In this document: piece after piece, positions 37,508-46,358 of the stretch
Position numbering within the stretch: position 1 is the stretch's first letter
How the letters are laid out: each line of letters begins with the position of its first letter
Assembly (NCBI GenBank): GCA_035944555.1
Contig: DASZAY010000021.1
Location: 66,415-130,414 of the forward strand
DNA from: Thermomicrobiales bacterium
GTDB taxonomy: Bacteria; Chloroflexota; Chloroflexia; Thermomicrobiales; UBA6265
DNA: 64,000 nt
Reading direction: 5' to 3'
Program-made: the position numbers and the translations under genes
The notes under the pieces: generated by a model
The model's database searches: none
Seen by the model: only the letters and a program-made list of their open reading frames with translations
What the model was told of the DNA's origin: nothing

Positions 37508-37543
37508 GAGAGAGCCGGGCGGATGATTCCGCCCGGCTCTCTC
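37508..37543. terminator. Bidirectional hairpin between convergent genes
   Basis: Perfect 15-bp stem GAGAGAGCCGGGCGG/CCGCCCGGCTCTCTC with loop ATGATT. The U-tract is weak on both strands. Confidence 0.55.
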
Positions 37544-37597
37544 GTTCCTGGAATGTAGCGTCGCAAGCCCGCTCCAATTCCCGATTGATCCCGTGGG

Positions 37598-37924
37598 CTA
37601 CAGGTCCTCGTAGACCACGGCGGTCCCGGCGGCGGCGACCATCAGCATGCTGCCACCGTTACCGAGGGTCTCGTAATCCAGGTCGACGCCGATCACGGCG
37701 TTAGCCCCGAACGACTGAGCCTGGGCGACCATCTCATTGATGGCGAGATCGCGGGCGCGGTCGAGCTCCTGCTCATAGGTATTGGAGCGACCGCCGATCA
37801 CGTCACGGACACTGGCGAAGAGGTCCTTGGCGATGTTGACGCCCAGGATGGCCTCCCCGTTGACGAGCCCGAGGTAACGGGTGATACGCCGGCCTTCGAG
37901 CGAAGCGGTGGTTGTGACGAGCAT
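37598..37924 (-). CDS. YbjQ/UPF0145 family protein
   Basis: The sequence TTTASLEGRRITRYLGLVNGEAILG...GANAVIGVDLDYE is typical of the family. An AGGAGG SD precedes ATG 37924. Confidence 0.8.
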   Translation of the reverse strand: MLVTTTASLEGRRITRYLGLVNGEAILGVNIAKDLFASVRDVIGGRSNTYEQELDRARDLAINEMVAQAQSFGANAVIGVDLDYETLGNGGSMLMVAAAGTAVVYEDL

Positions 37925-37994
37925 GGTGCCTCCTGGTTGCAACGTCTGTCAGGTCTCGATCGATGGTACGTCACCGCGATTGATCGTCAGGCGG

Positions 37995-38810
37995 CTAGAA
38001 CGGGTTGGCTTCGTCGAAGAACCGGGTCTCGACACCGAATCTCCGCTCCAGCCAGCCGCCGAGTGCCTGAACGCCGTAGCGCTCACTGGCATGATGCCCG
38101 GTCACCACCAGTGTCAGGCCAGCGTCCAGCGCCAGATCATACGACCAGAGCTCGGCCTCCCCGCATACCCAGGCATCCAGCCCGAGTGCGATGACCTCGT
38201 GGATCATCCTGGTCGCCCCGCCGGAAACGATGGCGACCGACCGGATATCGGCTGGCCGGCCCGGGACGACGATCGGCGCACCACCGAATGCCCTCGTCGC
38301 CAGGGTCCTGAGGTCCTCGGCGGTCAGGGGAACCGGAGACGCGGCGCGAACGCCAAGCCGGGCGCTCGTACCAGGCCATCCTCCGAAGTCCTGGGCAGTC
38401 ACGGTGAGGCCCAGCCGGCGGGCCAGCTCGACGTTGTTGCCAACCTCCGCGTGGGCGTCGAGCGGGATGTGCCACGAAGCGAGGCACATCCCATGATGCC
38501 GGAGCAGCGCGACCCGTCGCTCATCCCATGATGAGGCGGGATCAGTCGCTGGGTCGTAGCCGGGTCGTGTGCTGCCCCAAAACATCCCGTGGTGCGTCAC
38601 AAGCAGGTCCGCTCCCCACGCTCCCGCCCCGTTGATCACATCTGTCGTCGCACTGACGCCCAGGGCCACGCGGCGGATCGGGTGCTGCTCATTCCCGCGC
38701 TCCGACCGGACCTGCAGACCGGTCTGAGCGAGATCCGGGATTCGCCACGGGTCAACGAAGGCATCGGTTGCGGCGACGAGATGGTCGAGTGACACGGGGA
38801 GACGGGACAT
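37995..38810 (-). CDS. Nif3-like dinuclear metal center protein
   Basis: Motifs LLVTHHGMFW and VVTGHHASERYG. A GGGAGGAG SD precedes ATG 38810; the track start 38915 is rejected. Confidence 0.8.
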   Translation of the reverse strand: MSRLPVSLDHLVAATDAFVDPWRIPDLAQTGLQVRSERGNEQHPIRRVALGVSATTDVINGAGAWGADLLVTHHGMFWGSTRPGYDPATDPASSWDERRVALLRHHGMCLASWHIPLDAHAEVGNNVELARRLGLTVTAQDFGGWPGTSARLGVRAASPVPLTAEDLRTLATRAFGGAPIVVPGRPADIRSVAIVSGGATRMIHEVIALGLDAWVCGEAELWSYDLALDAGLTLVVTGHHASERYGVQALGGWLERRFGVETRFFDEANPF

Positions 38811-38929
38811 CGAGAACTCCTCCCGGTACCGGTGGGCGATACCACGAGCGAACAGAGTGTATGCCGGGCGTGCGCTAGGATGACCGGAGGCGGCCGAGCG
38901 ACGGCCACACCGCATTCCGGAGGCTCAGC

Positions 38930-40420
38930 GTGACCCTGCGATTCTCGTACCAGTCCGGCGACCCGGCCATGCTCACCTGCGACGCGCTCATCGTCCCGGT
39001 CACTCCAGGCGAAGCCGCAGACGCACCGGGTTCGGCTCTGCTGTCAACCCTCGACGGTGAACTCGGCGGAGCCGTCAGCGACCTGCTCGCCGACGCGAAG
39101 GTTCCGGGCACGCCCGGCAAGGTCCTCGTCGTCCCGACCCTCGGGCGGCTCCCGGCACGGCGACTCGTAATCACCGGCGTCGGCGATGGGACCGGTCCGG
39201 ATGACGTGCGCCTCGGCTACGCCGCCGCAGCTACCGCCGTCCGACAGGCAGGAGCCCGGTCCGTCGCGCTCGCCCTCCCGGACAACGCGGCGACCGACAC
39301 GATCGCCGACGCGGTCCAGGCGGTAGATCTGGCCCTCTATCGCTTCACCACCTACCACGGCACCGCTCACGGGACGTCGGATGCGGTTGATCCGGAGAGC
39401 ATCGTCATCCTCTCCCCCACGATCTCGCCGGAGGAAGCGGAAGCGGCCATCGGTCGGGGCGCCGCCATCGCGGCCGGAACCGCGATGGCACGCGATCTCG
39501 TCAATGAGCCCGCCAGCGTCCTGGACCCGGCCGAATTCGCCGCCCGGGCCAGAGCGGTCGCCGAAGACAGCGGACTGGACTTCCGCGAGATTGGCGTCGA
39601 GGAACTGACCGAGATGGGCGCCGGCGCACTCCTGGCTGTCGGGAAGGGCAGCGCCATCCCGCCCCGGCTGATCCACCTCACCTACCGCCCGGAGGGCGAA
39701 GCCTCCAGCCGCAAGGTCGGACTGGTCGGCAAGACGATCACCTTCGACACGGGCGGCTATTCGATCAAGACGACCGAAGGCATGGTCGAGATGAAGGGCG
39801 ACATGGCCGGTGGCGCGGCGGTGCTGGGGACGATGTCTGCCCTGCGCGCCCTCGGGTGCCGGCACGAAGTCCACGCCGTGATCTGCGCGGCCGAGAACAT
39901 GATCTCCGGCGAGGCATTCCGCCCCGGGGACATCCTGACGGCGATGAATGGCGTGACGATCGAGGTGCTCTCGACGGACGCCGAGGGGCGGCTGGTGCTG
40001 GCGGACGGCATGGTCTACACGGCTCGCCAGGGCGTTGACGAGATGATCGACCTGGCGACGCTGACGGGATCGGCGGTGGTCGCGCTCGGCAACACGACCG
40101 CGGCACTGTTCGCCTCGGATGACAGCCTGGCGACGAACCTGATCGTGTCAGGGGCGGCGGTTGGCGAGGATCTCTGGCGGATGCCCCTTACCCCGGCGAT
40201 CCGCGAGAACATCCGTGGCGACGTGGGCGACATCAAGAACACCGGCGGCCGCCCGGGCGGCTCGATCGCGGCGGCGCTGTTCCTCGACTACTTCCGCGAG
40301 GGACTGCCCTGGGCGCATCTCGACATCGCCGGGACCGCCCGGACCGGCAAGTCCCATGGCTACCTGCCCAAGGGCTCGACCGGCTTTGGTGTCCGCACCC
40401 TGCTGCAGTACCTGAGCTGA
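38930..40420 (+). CDS. pepA: Leucyl aminopeptidase (M17)
   Basis: Motifs GKTITFDTGGYSIK and the M17 signature VLSTDAEGRLVLADG. GTG start behind a GGAGG SD. Confidence 0.9.
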   Translation: MTLRFSYQSGDPAMLTCDALIVPVTPGEAADAPGSALLSTLDGELGGAVSDLLADAKVPGTPGKVLVVPTLGRLPARRLVITGVGDGTGPDDVRLGYAAAATAVRQAGARSVALALPDNAATDTIADAVQAVDLALYRFTTYHGTAHGTSDAVDPESIVILSPTISPEEAEAAIGRGAAIAAGTAMARDLVNEPASVLDPAEFAARARAVAEDSGLDFREIGVEELTEMGAGALLAVGKGSAIPPRLIHLTYRPEGEASSRKVGLVGKTITFDTGGYSIKTTEGMVEMKGDMAGGAAVLGTMSALRALGCRHEVHAVICAAENMISGEAFRPGDILTAMNGVTIEVLSTDAEGRLVLADGMVYTARQGVDEMIDLATLTGSAVVALGNTTAALFASDDSLATNLIVSGAAVGEDLWRMPLTPAIRENIRGDVGDIKNTGGRPGGSIAAALFLDYFREGLPWAHLDIAGTARTGKSHGYLPKGSTGFGVRTLLQYLS

Positions 40421-40500
40421 CGACCGCGCTTTCGCTGGCCGTCGTCACCGTGGCGACGGGACGGACTCGGGATTACATGGCGTCGTGCAGGAAAAGAGGA

Positions 40501-40550
40501 GGCGCGAGCCGGACTCCCGGTGTGGCTGGCACCGGGACCGGACTCGCGCC
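40501..40550. other. Long imperfect hairpin in a 475-bp non-coding gap
   Basis: GGCGCGAG-CCGG-ac-TCCCGGTG, loop TGGCTGG, then CACCGGGA-CCGG-a-CTCGCGCC. About 20 bp pair, and no U-tract follows. Confidence 0.5.
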
Positions 40551-40896
40551 CAGGGGGGATGGCTGGTCACCCTTGGGGACCTCGCCGTGGGGAAGGGGGG
40601 ATTAGGGGATCAGCACGTTCCCGGGGTGTTCCAGGAGGCGATCGGTGGTGGCTGGCCGCCCGTCCGCTCCGTGCTGGTCTTGACAAGAGGATAGGCAAGG
40701 GATGCGCCAGGAGTATCGTCGAGATGTGACGATTTCACGGAACCGGTGTGTCGTTGGTCATCCCCGCTCAGCTCCTGCTCTTTCTGGTCGAGCCGCCAGC
40801 CAGTGACCCGCCTTGGCCCCGTGGCTGCGTACGACAGAGAACGCCTGCTGCCAGTGGCAGCCACCGCCAGATCACCGCAACCCAAGGAGCAACACG

Positions 40897-41424
40897 ATGT
40901 CCCAGCAGGGCCGACCCAAGCCGCTCGGACCCGAGCGCCTGCCGGATGTCCAGCCTTCGAGGACGTCAATCGGCTACGCCACATTCCTGCCGAATCCCGA
41001 CAAGACTCCGGGCCAGCCCGCAATGGACCAGGAAGAGCCGGCCTGGTGGGAACAGGGTTCCGCTGCCACGCTGCCGGATGCTCCGCGCTGGCAAGCTGGC
41101 AGCTTGGTCGGTTCCCGGCTTCCACCTCGGTCCGAAACGTTGCGTCCCGGCTCCCTGTTCGACGAGATCATCGACCACGGGGACTACCATCGCCGGGAAC
41201 TCATGGACGAGTTCCGTGGACTCAAGCGTCCATCAGCCGTCGCGGGCGAGGAATCGACCGGTCAGGGACGCAGAACCGATCGTGACCAGGCCCGCCGCGA
41301 GCGCCGTGAACGCCGGCGACAGGAGCGGGCCAACGGTATCCATTCTGAAGGACAATCGTCATCCCGCCGTAGCCACTCACGCCGTAACCGGGACGTCAGC
41401 CTGGACTGGGACGATGAGAGTTGA
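40897..41424 (+). CDS. Hypothetical protein, predicted disordered, Arg-rich C-terminus
   Basis: An AAGGAG SD lies 7 nt upstream of ATG 40897. Third-position GC bias looks coding-like. No recognisable domain. Confidence 0.5.
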   Translation: MSQQGRPKPLGPERLPDVQPSRTSIGYATFLPNPDKTPGQPAMDQEEPAWWEQGSAATLPDAPRWQAGSLVGSRLPPRSETLRPGSLFDEIIDHGDYHRRELMDEFRGLKRPSAVAGEESTGQGRRTDRDQARRERRERRRQERANGIHSEGQSSSRRSHSRRNRDVSLDWDDES

Positions 41425-41492
41425 GCTTCGACACATCTCCCGCACGTCCTGCCCGGCGTCCGATCAGTCAGTCACCAGGTGAAGGGAGCGGC

Positions 41493-42200
41493 ATGCGCGT
41501 TGCCGTCATGTCCGATATCCACGGGTTCAGTCTCGCGCTCGATGCCGTCACCTCGGACATCGAGCGCCACGGACTGTTCGACGCCGTCGTCGTCGCAGGC
41601 GACCTCTGCGCGGTCGGGCCAGACCCGGCTGGTGTCATTGAACGGCTCCGGGCCCGGCCGGACTGGGTCGTGCTCAAGGGCAACACCGACGACGATATCG
41701 TCCAGGCGGCGACGCGCCGGGAGATGTGGTTCCCGGTCGCCGAAATCGGCCGGGAGGGAGCGGCTTTTCTGGAGGATCTGCCGCTCATCACTCGCTACTT
41801 CCCACCCGGGTCGGTAGACGACGATCAGTCCCTGCTCGTGGTTCACGCCAACCCACACGACCTGACCGGACGACTCGATCCGGAATCTTCCGACCGTGAG
41901 CTCCGGGAGGTCCTTGGCGACGCCCGCTTCGACACGATCGCGTTCGGGCATGTCCATATCGCCTATCAGCGCGAGCTGGATGGCAGGAAACTGGTCGACG
42001 TGTCGGCCGTGGGGAATCCCAAGGACGGGTCGCTTCGGAGTGCATGGGGCGAGTTCACCTGGGATACGAACACCGGCTATTGGACATCGACGATCCACCG
42101 GACCGACTACCCGCTGGCCGAGACCGAGCGCCAGATCCGGGACAGTCGCCTGCCGTCCCCGGACAAGGTTTTGCAGAAATTGATCCGGGCCAGGTACTAG
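41493..42200 (+). CDS. Metallophosphoesterase family protein (YfcE-like)
   Basis: Motifs MSDIHG, VAGDL, KGNTDD and FGHVH. A GAAGGGAG SD precedes ATG 41493. Confidence 0.8.
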   Translation: MRVAVMSDIHGFSLALDAVTSDIERHGLFDAVVVAGDLCAVGPDPAGVIERLRARPDWVVLKGNTDDDIVQAATRREMWFPVAEIGREGAAFLEDLPLITRYFPPGSVDDDQSLLVVHANPHDLTGRLDPESSDRELREVLGDARFDTIAFGHVHIAYQRELDGRKLVDVSAVGNPKDGSLRSAWGEFTWDTNTGYWTSTIHRTDYPLAETERQIRDSRLPSPDKVLQKLIRARY

Positions 42201-42213
42201 CGCGACACATGCA

Positions 42214-42247
42214 AAGGGGCCGGGAGGATGATTCCTCCCGGCCCCTT
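42214..42247. terminator. Bidirectional hairpin between convergent genes
   Basis: Perfect 14-bp stem AAGGGGCCGGGAGG/CCTCCCGGCCCCTT with loop ATGATT, then CGTTGTCAGTTG. Confidence 0.55.
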
Positions 42248-42272
42248 CGTTGTCAGTTGTTCCGCTGAGCGG

Positions 42273-42806
42273 TCAGGACTCAGACGCCTCAGCAGCGTCC
42301 GTCGGCGGGATCTCGGAATCCGCCTTCTTCGACTGTTCGACCGCGTAGTAGACGGCGCCCGCCGTAACGGCCAGGCCGACCGGAACCGTCCAGCCCGGGA
42401 GCCGACTACGCAGGATCGTGTCGAGCGCGATCGGCCCGGGTCCACTCACGATCTGCTCGGCCGCGATCGCCATGAAGAGCACCGGTAGCTCCGCTCCGCC
42501 GGAAGCGTTCCAGATCGGCTTGCCCCAGTGCATGGTCCGGGATGCCATCGACATCGCGCCGATGGTGGCAAGCGGTCCGGCCGGGTGCATAAAGCCCAGG
42601 GCGGTCAGGAGTCCACCACCGAACTCGCTGGCGCCAGCGAGCCGTGCCCAGTGCTGGGCAGGCTCCAGCTTCATCCCGCGCATCATCCCGGTGACACCTT
42701 CGAGGCCCGGTCCGTCGAACGAGCCGAACAACTTCTGCGCCCCGTGGCCAGCCATCAGGCCGCCAGCGACTCCCCGCACGATCAGTCTTCCAAGTCCCGC
42801 GGCCAT
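42273..42806 (-). CDS. DoxX family membrane protein
   Basis: DoxX-like N-terminus (GLMAGHGAQKLFG) and 4 TM segments. An AGAGGGGGAG SD lies upstream. Confidence 0.75.
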   Translation of the reverse strand: MAAGLGRLIVRGVAGGLMAGHGAQKLFGSFDGPGLEGVTGMMRGMKLEPAQHWARLAGASEFGGGLLTALGFMHPAGPLATIGAMSMASRTMHWGKPIWNASGGAELPVLFMAIAAEQIVSGPGPIALDTILRSRLPGWTVPVGLAVTAGAVYYAVEQSKKADSEIPPTDAAEASES

Positions 42807-43003
42807 CGACTCCCCCTCTTTCCTGTCCTTGCCGATCCCTCCCAGCCAGGCGGCGGTGGAGATAAGCGTTACGGATTCTGGTCAACGCAAGAAGGGCGCC
42901 CGGTTCCCGGGGTAGCCCAGTGCTACCATTGAGCCGCTTTGACCAATCCACCGGGCCACGACGCCGTGACCGATCCTCTCGACCCGGCACAGGAGCAGAT
43001 CCG

Positions 43004-45295
43004 ATGACGCGAGCCCCCGGTAACGGCCATCCCGATTCCGCCGCAGGAGGTGGCAACGGCACGACGCCGGTGCGACTTCAGATGATCGGGGAGAACCCGT
43101 ACAGCTACAACGTCCAAGGCAAGGCCAACGAGCCGATCACCGTCGCCGGGATCCTTGACCGGGCCCACCGGGAACTGACCCTGGCCGGGGAGGAGCGTCC
43201 GAAGCCCGACTGGTCGCTCGGCGCGATCTACGACCGACTGGACGGCAACGCCCCGCGGATCGCGGTCATCGGGGGATCGCCTGATCACCCTGCCCATGTC
43301 GTCGACCAGGGCACGATCGCGCGGGCAGCGCTGGCAATCTGGGAGCGCGGCGGCGTGCCGTTCTCGTTCAGTGTCCCGGTGCTCTGCGACGGGACGGCCC
43401 AGAGCACGCCGGGTATGAGCTACAGCCTCCAGAGCCGCAACGCGATCGCCGAGATGATTGTTAACCAGATGGAAGCGCACGGCTATCACGGCGCCTTCGT
43501 CATCCAGAGCTGCGACAAGATGCCGCTGGCCGCGGTGTCGGCGCTGGCGCACCTCGACACCCTGCGCCAGCTCCGGGGGGAGCCGCCGGTCTTTGCGGCC
43601 TTCGCGCCGGCCCACGTCCTCAAAGGCGGGGAGATCCCGGCGAACGTCCGGGATGAGCTGCAGCAGCTCGCCAATGACATGGTCGCGGCCGGCCATGAGG
43701 AGCTGGCTGAAGACCTCGAAGACACGATGGCATACATCCTCCAGTGCTCGTCGAATACGGCGTTCCAGGGCGTGTTCATTCGCGCGGTCGAGTACGGAGT
43801 CCTGTCTCCGGAGCGCCACGCCTGGTTCGAGCGGGAACTGGCGGTTCATACCTGCGACGCCAAGGGCGGCATCTGCGCGTTCAACGGCACGGGTAACTCG
43901 TCCCGAAACATCGTCGCCGGGATGGGTCTCGTCCATCCGGTCGTCGAGCTGCTGACCGATCCGCCAACGACCGCGCAGGTCGATGCGGTGGTCGCCGATC
44001 TGATGACTCTGCCCAATCGCCCCGAGTGCGGTGTTACCCGGATCCTGCTGGACAACGTCGGCAACGCCGTCCGGATCCACAGCGCCTCGGGCGGGTCGAC
44101 AAACCTGTTGATGCACTTCGTCGGCGCGGTCCTCTACAGCGGCCACCGGTTCAGCATCCATGACCTCGATCGGATCCACCACGCGCACTCGGTACCGGAC
44201 ATCTTCAACTACAGCCTGACGCAGGGCCGCGACATCTTCGCGCTGGCCAAGCAATGCTGCGACGGCGACATCCGCGGGATGGAGACGCTCATCTACGAGC
44301 TGGTCCGGAATGGCGTGCCGATGGATCTGGACGCCATGACGGTGACCGGTACGACCTGGCGGGAGCGACTCTCCGACGAAACCGGGCTGAGCGCCACCGG
44401 TGTGACCGACAACCCGATCATCCTCGCGACCCCTCGGCGCTCCATTTCCGGCGTCGACGTACTGACCGGCAACTGGTTCGAGAGCGCGGTCGTCAAGATC
44501 AGCGGCATGCCGGAGAAGCAGGTCGATCACTTCGACGAGCAGGTCGCACTCGTCCTCCGGTACGACGATGAGGAGGCCGCCAACAACAGCCTGCTCAACG
44601 TCCACCTGCTGGACAACCTGCGGGATTCCGTCGCGTTCGACGAGCAGACGCTACGGAGTCTCTGGGCGCACAACGCGACGGGCCTCGGGCTGGATGTCGC
44701 CGCGGCCAGCGATCTGAGCTACGACCGGCTGTTTGATCACATGGTCAGGACGGGCACGCTCAAGCTGGCGATCGTCGTCGCCGCCCAGGGACCGGTCGCC
44801 TACGGGATGCCCGAGATGTTCACGCCGATGCAGCACATCAACGCCAACCGGGCGCTGCGCCGCCTGGCGACCCTGATGAGCGACGGTCGGTACTCAGGCG
44901 TGTCCTATGGGGCGGCGGTCGGGCATATCACCCCGGAGGCGGCGCTCGGCGGCGGGATCCTCCGGCTGGAGACGGGCGACCCGATCCATCTTCGCTTCCG
45001 GGCACGACGACTGGACCTCCTCGATCCGGTCGCGCTGGCCGAGGGCCGGATCATCCCAGCCGACGACCGGCTGCTGGCCGGCCGGGACGACGTGGCCGCG
45101 GCCCGGATGGCGGTGATTCGCAGGCGTCAGCGGTTCGTCGCCGCCTCCAACCGAATGACGTACTGCACCGACGCGGCATCCGGGGTCGTCCCGGTCCCTG
45201 TCGCTGAGGAAGCCGTGGTCAATTTCTGGGATGCGGCGACCGTGGGCGGGGTCAACACCGCTGCCGAGAGCAGGGAACCAGTGCTTGCCGACTGA
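43004..45295 (+). CDS. IlvD/Edd-family dehydratase, long divergent form (763 aa)
   Basis: Family motifs are present: VLCDGTAQSTPGMSYSLQSRN, QSCDKMP, SGGSTNLLMH, MTVTGTT and DGRYSGVSYGAAVGHITPEAALGG. An AGGAG SD lies 8 nt upstream of ATG 43004. Confidence 0.7.
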   Translation: MTRAPGNGHPDSAAGGGNGTTPVRLQMIGENPYSYNVQGKANEPITVAGILDRAHRELTLAGEERPKPDWSLGAIYDRLDGNAPRIAVIGGSPDHPAHVVDQGTIARAALAIWERGGVPFSFSVPVLCDGTAQSTPGMSYSLQSRNAIAEMIVNQMEAHGYHGAFVIQSCDKMPLAAVSALAHLDTLRQLRGEPPVFAAFAPAHVLKGGEIPANVRDELQQLANDMVAAGHEELAEDLEDTMAYILQCSSNTAFQGVFIRAVEYGVLSPERHAWFERELAVHTCDAKGGICAFNGTGNSSRNIVAGMGLVHPVVELLTDPPTTAQVDAVVADLMTLPNRPECGVTRILLDNVGNAVRIHSASGGSTNLLMHFVGAVLYSGHRFSIHDLDRIHHAHSVPDIFNYSLTQGRDIFALAKQCCDGDIRGMETLIYELVRNGVPMDLDAMTVTGTTWRERLSDETGLSATGVTDNPIILATPRRSISGVDVLTGNWFESAVVKISGMPEKQVDHFDEQVALVLRYDDEEAANNSLLNVHLLDNLRDSVAFDEQTLRSLWAHNATGLGLDVAAASDLSYDRLFDHMVRTGTLKLAIVVAAQGPVAYGMPEMFTPMQHINANRALRRLATLMSDGRYSGVSYGAAVGHITPEAALGGGILRLETGDPIHLRFRARRLDLLDPVALAEGRIIPADDRLLAGRDDVAAARMAVIRRRQRFVAASNRMTYCTDAASGVVPVPVAEEAVVNFWDAATVGGVNTAAESREPVLAD

Positions 45296-45316
45296 CCGCG
45301 GCGATCAGATGACAAC

Positions 45317-45364
45317 GAGAAGGGCGGGCGCCGGAATGGCGCCCGCCCTTCTCGGTGTTTTCGT
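45317..45364 (+). terminator. Intrinsic terminator (usable from both convergent genes)
   Basis: Perfect 16-bp stem GAGAAGGGCGGGCGCC/GGCGCCCGCCCTTCTC with loop GGAAT, followed by GGTGTTTTCG. Confidence 0.8.
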
Positions 45365-45379
45365 GGTTCGCGACAGATG

Positions 45380-46171
45380 TCAGGCGGCCGGAGTCGCGAC
45401 CTCTTCCTCGTCGCTCTCCTGACCCGGGTACGTGCCGACGACCAGCGCGGTCGGCTCGCCCATGGCGTCGGCGGTCACGATGATAGCGATCGACGAGCCC
45501 GGCTGCAGGGTCAGGGCCGGCAGCGTGGCGACCGCACCTTCTTCGCCGGTCAACCGGACTTCGAACTCAGCCGACGTGCCCATGAAGTCGGAGGCGTCGG
45601 AGGCGTTGAAGTAGGACAGGTCCTCGATGATCGGGTCGCCACCGACGGCAGCGATATCGATGGCCTCGACGGCCGACGCGGCGTGAATCGCGATGACGCG
45701 GGAGTTGTCATCCGCGACCCGCTCGTTGTTGATCTCGAAGGCCTTGATCTCCGGCTCGTCCTCGCCGTTGGCGGCGACCATCGCGTAGATCTTGCCACTC
45801 TCCAGCTCGACGTCCGTGTCGATGACGGCCTGGGAGGCGTCGCCACCGGCCGGAACCACCTTGACGTTGTGGTCGCCGCTGTTGACGGAAAGGAACTCGC
45901 TGACCGCTCCGAACTCGATACCCGTGAGCACGGCCTCGTCATCCACCAGGATGTCGACGGCGGGAGCGGCCGCGGCCGCGTGGACCACGGAGATCGCGGC
46001 CATGTCGTCTTCGAGGGTGATCGCCGGAGTGGAGATCTGACCCGGTACCGGTGTCGCCTCCGGGGTGCTCTGGGCAAATGCCCCAACAGCCATGACCAGC
46101 GTCAGGGCGAGGGCTGTGGTCAGTGCGACGACGCTGTGGAACAGTCCGCTCAGGGGGACACCTGTCATCAT
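45380..46171 (-). CDS. DUF4397 domain-containing secreted protein
   Basis: Signal-like N-terminus. Repeated DUF4397-type segments (VHAA..APAVDILVD..., SGDHNVKVVPAGG). ATG 46171 lies behind a GAAGGA SD. Confidence 0.65.
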   Translation of the reverse strand: MMTGVPLSGLFHSVVALTTALALTLVMAVGAFAQSTPEATPVPGQISTPAITLEDDMAAISVVHAAAAAPAVDILVDDEAVLTGIEFGAVSEFLSVNSGDHNVKVVPAGGDASQAVIDTDVELESGKIYAMVAANGEDEPEIKAFEINNERVADDNSRVIAIHAASAVEAIDIAAVGGDPIIEDLSYFNASDASDFMGTSAEFEVRLTGEEGAVATLPALTLQPGSSIAIIVTADAMGEPTALVVGTYPGQESDEEEVATPAA

Positions 46172-46358
46172 GCGAATCCTTCTACTTAGGCTCAACGGCA
46201 CGCCGATCGCCGGCGCGCAGCACGATCGTGCTCCAGACAGATGCGCAAAAGCACACGACGTGCCAGAACCCCGACCGAGACGTCCACACGAATTCTCGGA
46301 CCGTAGCAGGCAGCAGCGGGGAAGGGCTGATGCTCTCATCCCGCCGGTGGAACCGACG

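Noticed and set aside
40485-41482. Overlapping ORFs 40485-40694, 40520-40729, 40610-41125(-), 40746-41285 and 40748-41482.
   Set aside because: They are mutually exclusive, lack SD sequences and have biased junk-like composition. Only the frame starting at ATG 40897 has a strong AAGGAG SD and coding-like codon usage.
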